Part shown: piece after piece, positions 61,901 through 64,000 of the stretch
How the letters are laid out: each line of letters starts with the position of its first letter
Numbering within the stretch: the first letter of the stretch is position 1
NCBI GenBank assembly: GCA_010356995.1
Contig: ML996691.1
Location: forward strand, 1,122,174-1,186,173
Source of the DNA: Trichodelitschia bisporula
Lineage: Eukaryota
Length of the DNA stretch: 64,000 bases
Direction of reading: 5' to 3'
Made by a program: the position numbers and the translations under genes
Notes under the pieces: generated by a model
Told to the model about the DNA's origin: nothing
What the model saw: the letters and a program-made list of their open reading frames with translations, nothing else
The model's database searches: none

Positions 61901-64000
61901 CACCCTTGTTGCCCTTAGCTCGCATCCTTGCTCGATTAGTTTAGCCCTGCGGGCTGCAGCTCTCCACCTTGAGACGCTAATGTTGGCGCTAGAGCCTACA
62001 AGGATAAGTGCCTTGGAGAGGGCAACAAGGGGTCAAGGACAGGGGTGGGAGAAGATTTGTGTGGCAGGGTCAAGGTACGGTAAGAGAGGCGGGGCAAGGG
62101 ACTCTTACGGAGCTTCCTCTTGACATTTGTTGGTTCCTCTCGCGTATGGTCATCGTCTTTCTCCGCACGGGAAGAGAAATAGGGCAGGTAGAGGGAGTAG
62201 AGTTAGGGAGCTCTCGTTCTCTCTCTCTTCCCCTCATCGCTTCTCTCTTACTGTAAAGCCTCACCCACTGGTCATCGGCGAACACCTTGCTGGTGTTGGT
62301 TCTTTGGAGATGTGGCTCAGCATCGTGCATAACTGGACATGCACGCTGCAAACCCTCAAAGATTAGTACGCATGTACTATATGTACGTACAGCAGTCGAG
62401 AATACCCTCGAAGTTTGCGTACTGTACCCGTACGGCATATCAATCGCGTACTCCTCCTTCCTGCGCACCGCGTACGTACACATCATGACACGGCGGCGGA
62501 ACTGAATGTGCGAAATACTGATGCAGATAATTCACGACCAAAGCCCATAACCAGCCGCCCTAAACGACTCCCACCTCCCTCCATGTCTGTCATCCTTCAT
62601 CAGCCCGGCCGGTGGCAAAACGTCAGGCTGCTCTGGACCCTACTGGCGCGCCTCCGCGCACGGTACCGCAGATAGGCCCTGTGGCGATAATCCCCATGAC
62701 AAGACGGGAAGTAGTAGACGAAACGAGAGAGTACTCTAATCCCGAAAAATAGCATTGAAGCGAGAACTCCCTCGCGCAAGGCCAACCACCAACCAACACA
62801 CCGCGGCAACTTTCTACTTCTTTGCTAAGTAGCATGGTCAAACCGAAGTTAGCCTGAGCCGGGGCAAAAGTCAACTCGCGACAGGGAACTGCCGAACCAG
62901 CTGAATGGTGGCGGCCACGGCGGCACTTCGCTGGGCAACTGCACTGCGGCAGCCCCCGGGAATGCGCAGCATGATTTGCGACGCCTTCACTTGTGTCCAA
63001 TCATGCCCTGTTCACACCCCAGAGCCTCCAGTTCTCGCTGCTCCCTCCTCCCAGGCTCCCCAGCCTTCAACTTCTTCGATCACCACATCTACCGGCTCTG
63101 GGCATCCTTCTTTGGCACAACTTTCAGCCCTCTTACCCGTAAGCCATCCACATGTGACATCAAAGTGGTGCCGATTCCCGCAATCGCGATATTAACCCTT
63201 TCCCGACCTACCACCTTGATCTCCGTGCCGTCAAGAATTCCCATCCAACCCTTGACCTCCTCCCCCACCCTATCCCCTCCGTCTCCGACGGCTTGACGGC
63301 GGCCCCTCCGCCAAGCGGCTGAAACATCAAACGCCGCTCGGAAACAAACCACCGTCCGCACTGACGGGCTTCTCCCGTTCTCACCGGCTTTGAGTCCCCT
63401 TCCCCAGCGGAAAGAAACTGAGGGTGGGAGAGAGGAGGGGTGGAGCATTGAGCCGATTGTTTCCCCCGCCTGAGACTCTTCATCCCGGCAGTTCAATGCT
63501 TCCTTTCTTGCTCCCTCCGTATCAGGCTCAGGCCACCAGGCACTAAGCCCGACTATCAAAAGCCGGTCGTTGGGCGAGCCCGGCCAGATCGCAGGGAGAC
63601 CTGCAGCGGCCAAGCAGAGCGCCCTAACCGTGCCATGGGCAGCCTGCGCACCCGCCCCTTCTGCGAGCTGGCGCGCCAGCCGCGTGAGCATGCGTGAGCT
63701 GTAGGGCCGTTCACGGTGATGAGCAAGATGCATCGCGCATCGCGAACTCTACTTACCCACAAACGACTGGTGCCGCTGAAATGGCCGCGTGTCAAGGGCA
63801 AGATCCGCCGTGGTGACGGTGCGCACGGCGGTACAAGCACCTGCGAAGACGTTGCAGTTGGTCGGCAAGGGCACTGCCAAATGCTGATTCGGACCGGTTT
63901 GGTGGGGATTTGCCGATGTGCTGCTGGGTTTTCCCCGCCCGGCTTATCGATTACCCGTATCGATTATCGATTATCGATAGGTGCAAGTGGGTTGGTTGAC

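Noticed and set aside
62130..62455. StuA-response-like (A/T)CGCG(T/A)N(A/C) sites suggesting autoregulation
   Set aside because: Only about two matches, 4-5 kb upstream, which is expected by chance at this GC content.

Overview
GC-rich genomic DNA from a filamentous ascomycete (Pezizomycotina, probably a dothideomycete; inferred from gene content and short GT..CTAAC..YAG introns). Ten intron-containing genes can be modelled by hand: the 5' end of a Baeyer-Villiger monooxygenase, an Lte1-like RasGEF, a (Gly-Ser)n cell-surface protein, a FUSC/ArAE-type membrane protein, an SDR, a ~9,100-aa Woronin-body tether leashin (27.5 kb, with one 25.8-kb exon), RNA15/CstF-64, IMP3, a cutinase with a long basic tail, and the APSES regulator StuA with a long upstream region. 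The main finding is a candidate -1 programmed ribosomal frameshift signal inside leashin (minus strand, 40814-40756). It has an in-frame U_UUU_UUA heptamer, a 5-nt spacer, a perfect 11-bp stem and an 8-bp pseudoknot-type second stem, with a stop 6 codons into the -1 frame. Slippage would give a ~2,153-aa N-terminal isoform alongside the full-length tether. The second finding is a probable CUG-initiated 131-aa N-terminal extension of StuA behind a ~1.5-kb AUG-depleted spliced leader. All family calls come from motif recognition by eye; no database searches or folding computations were run.
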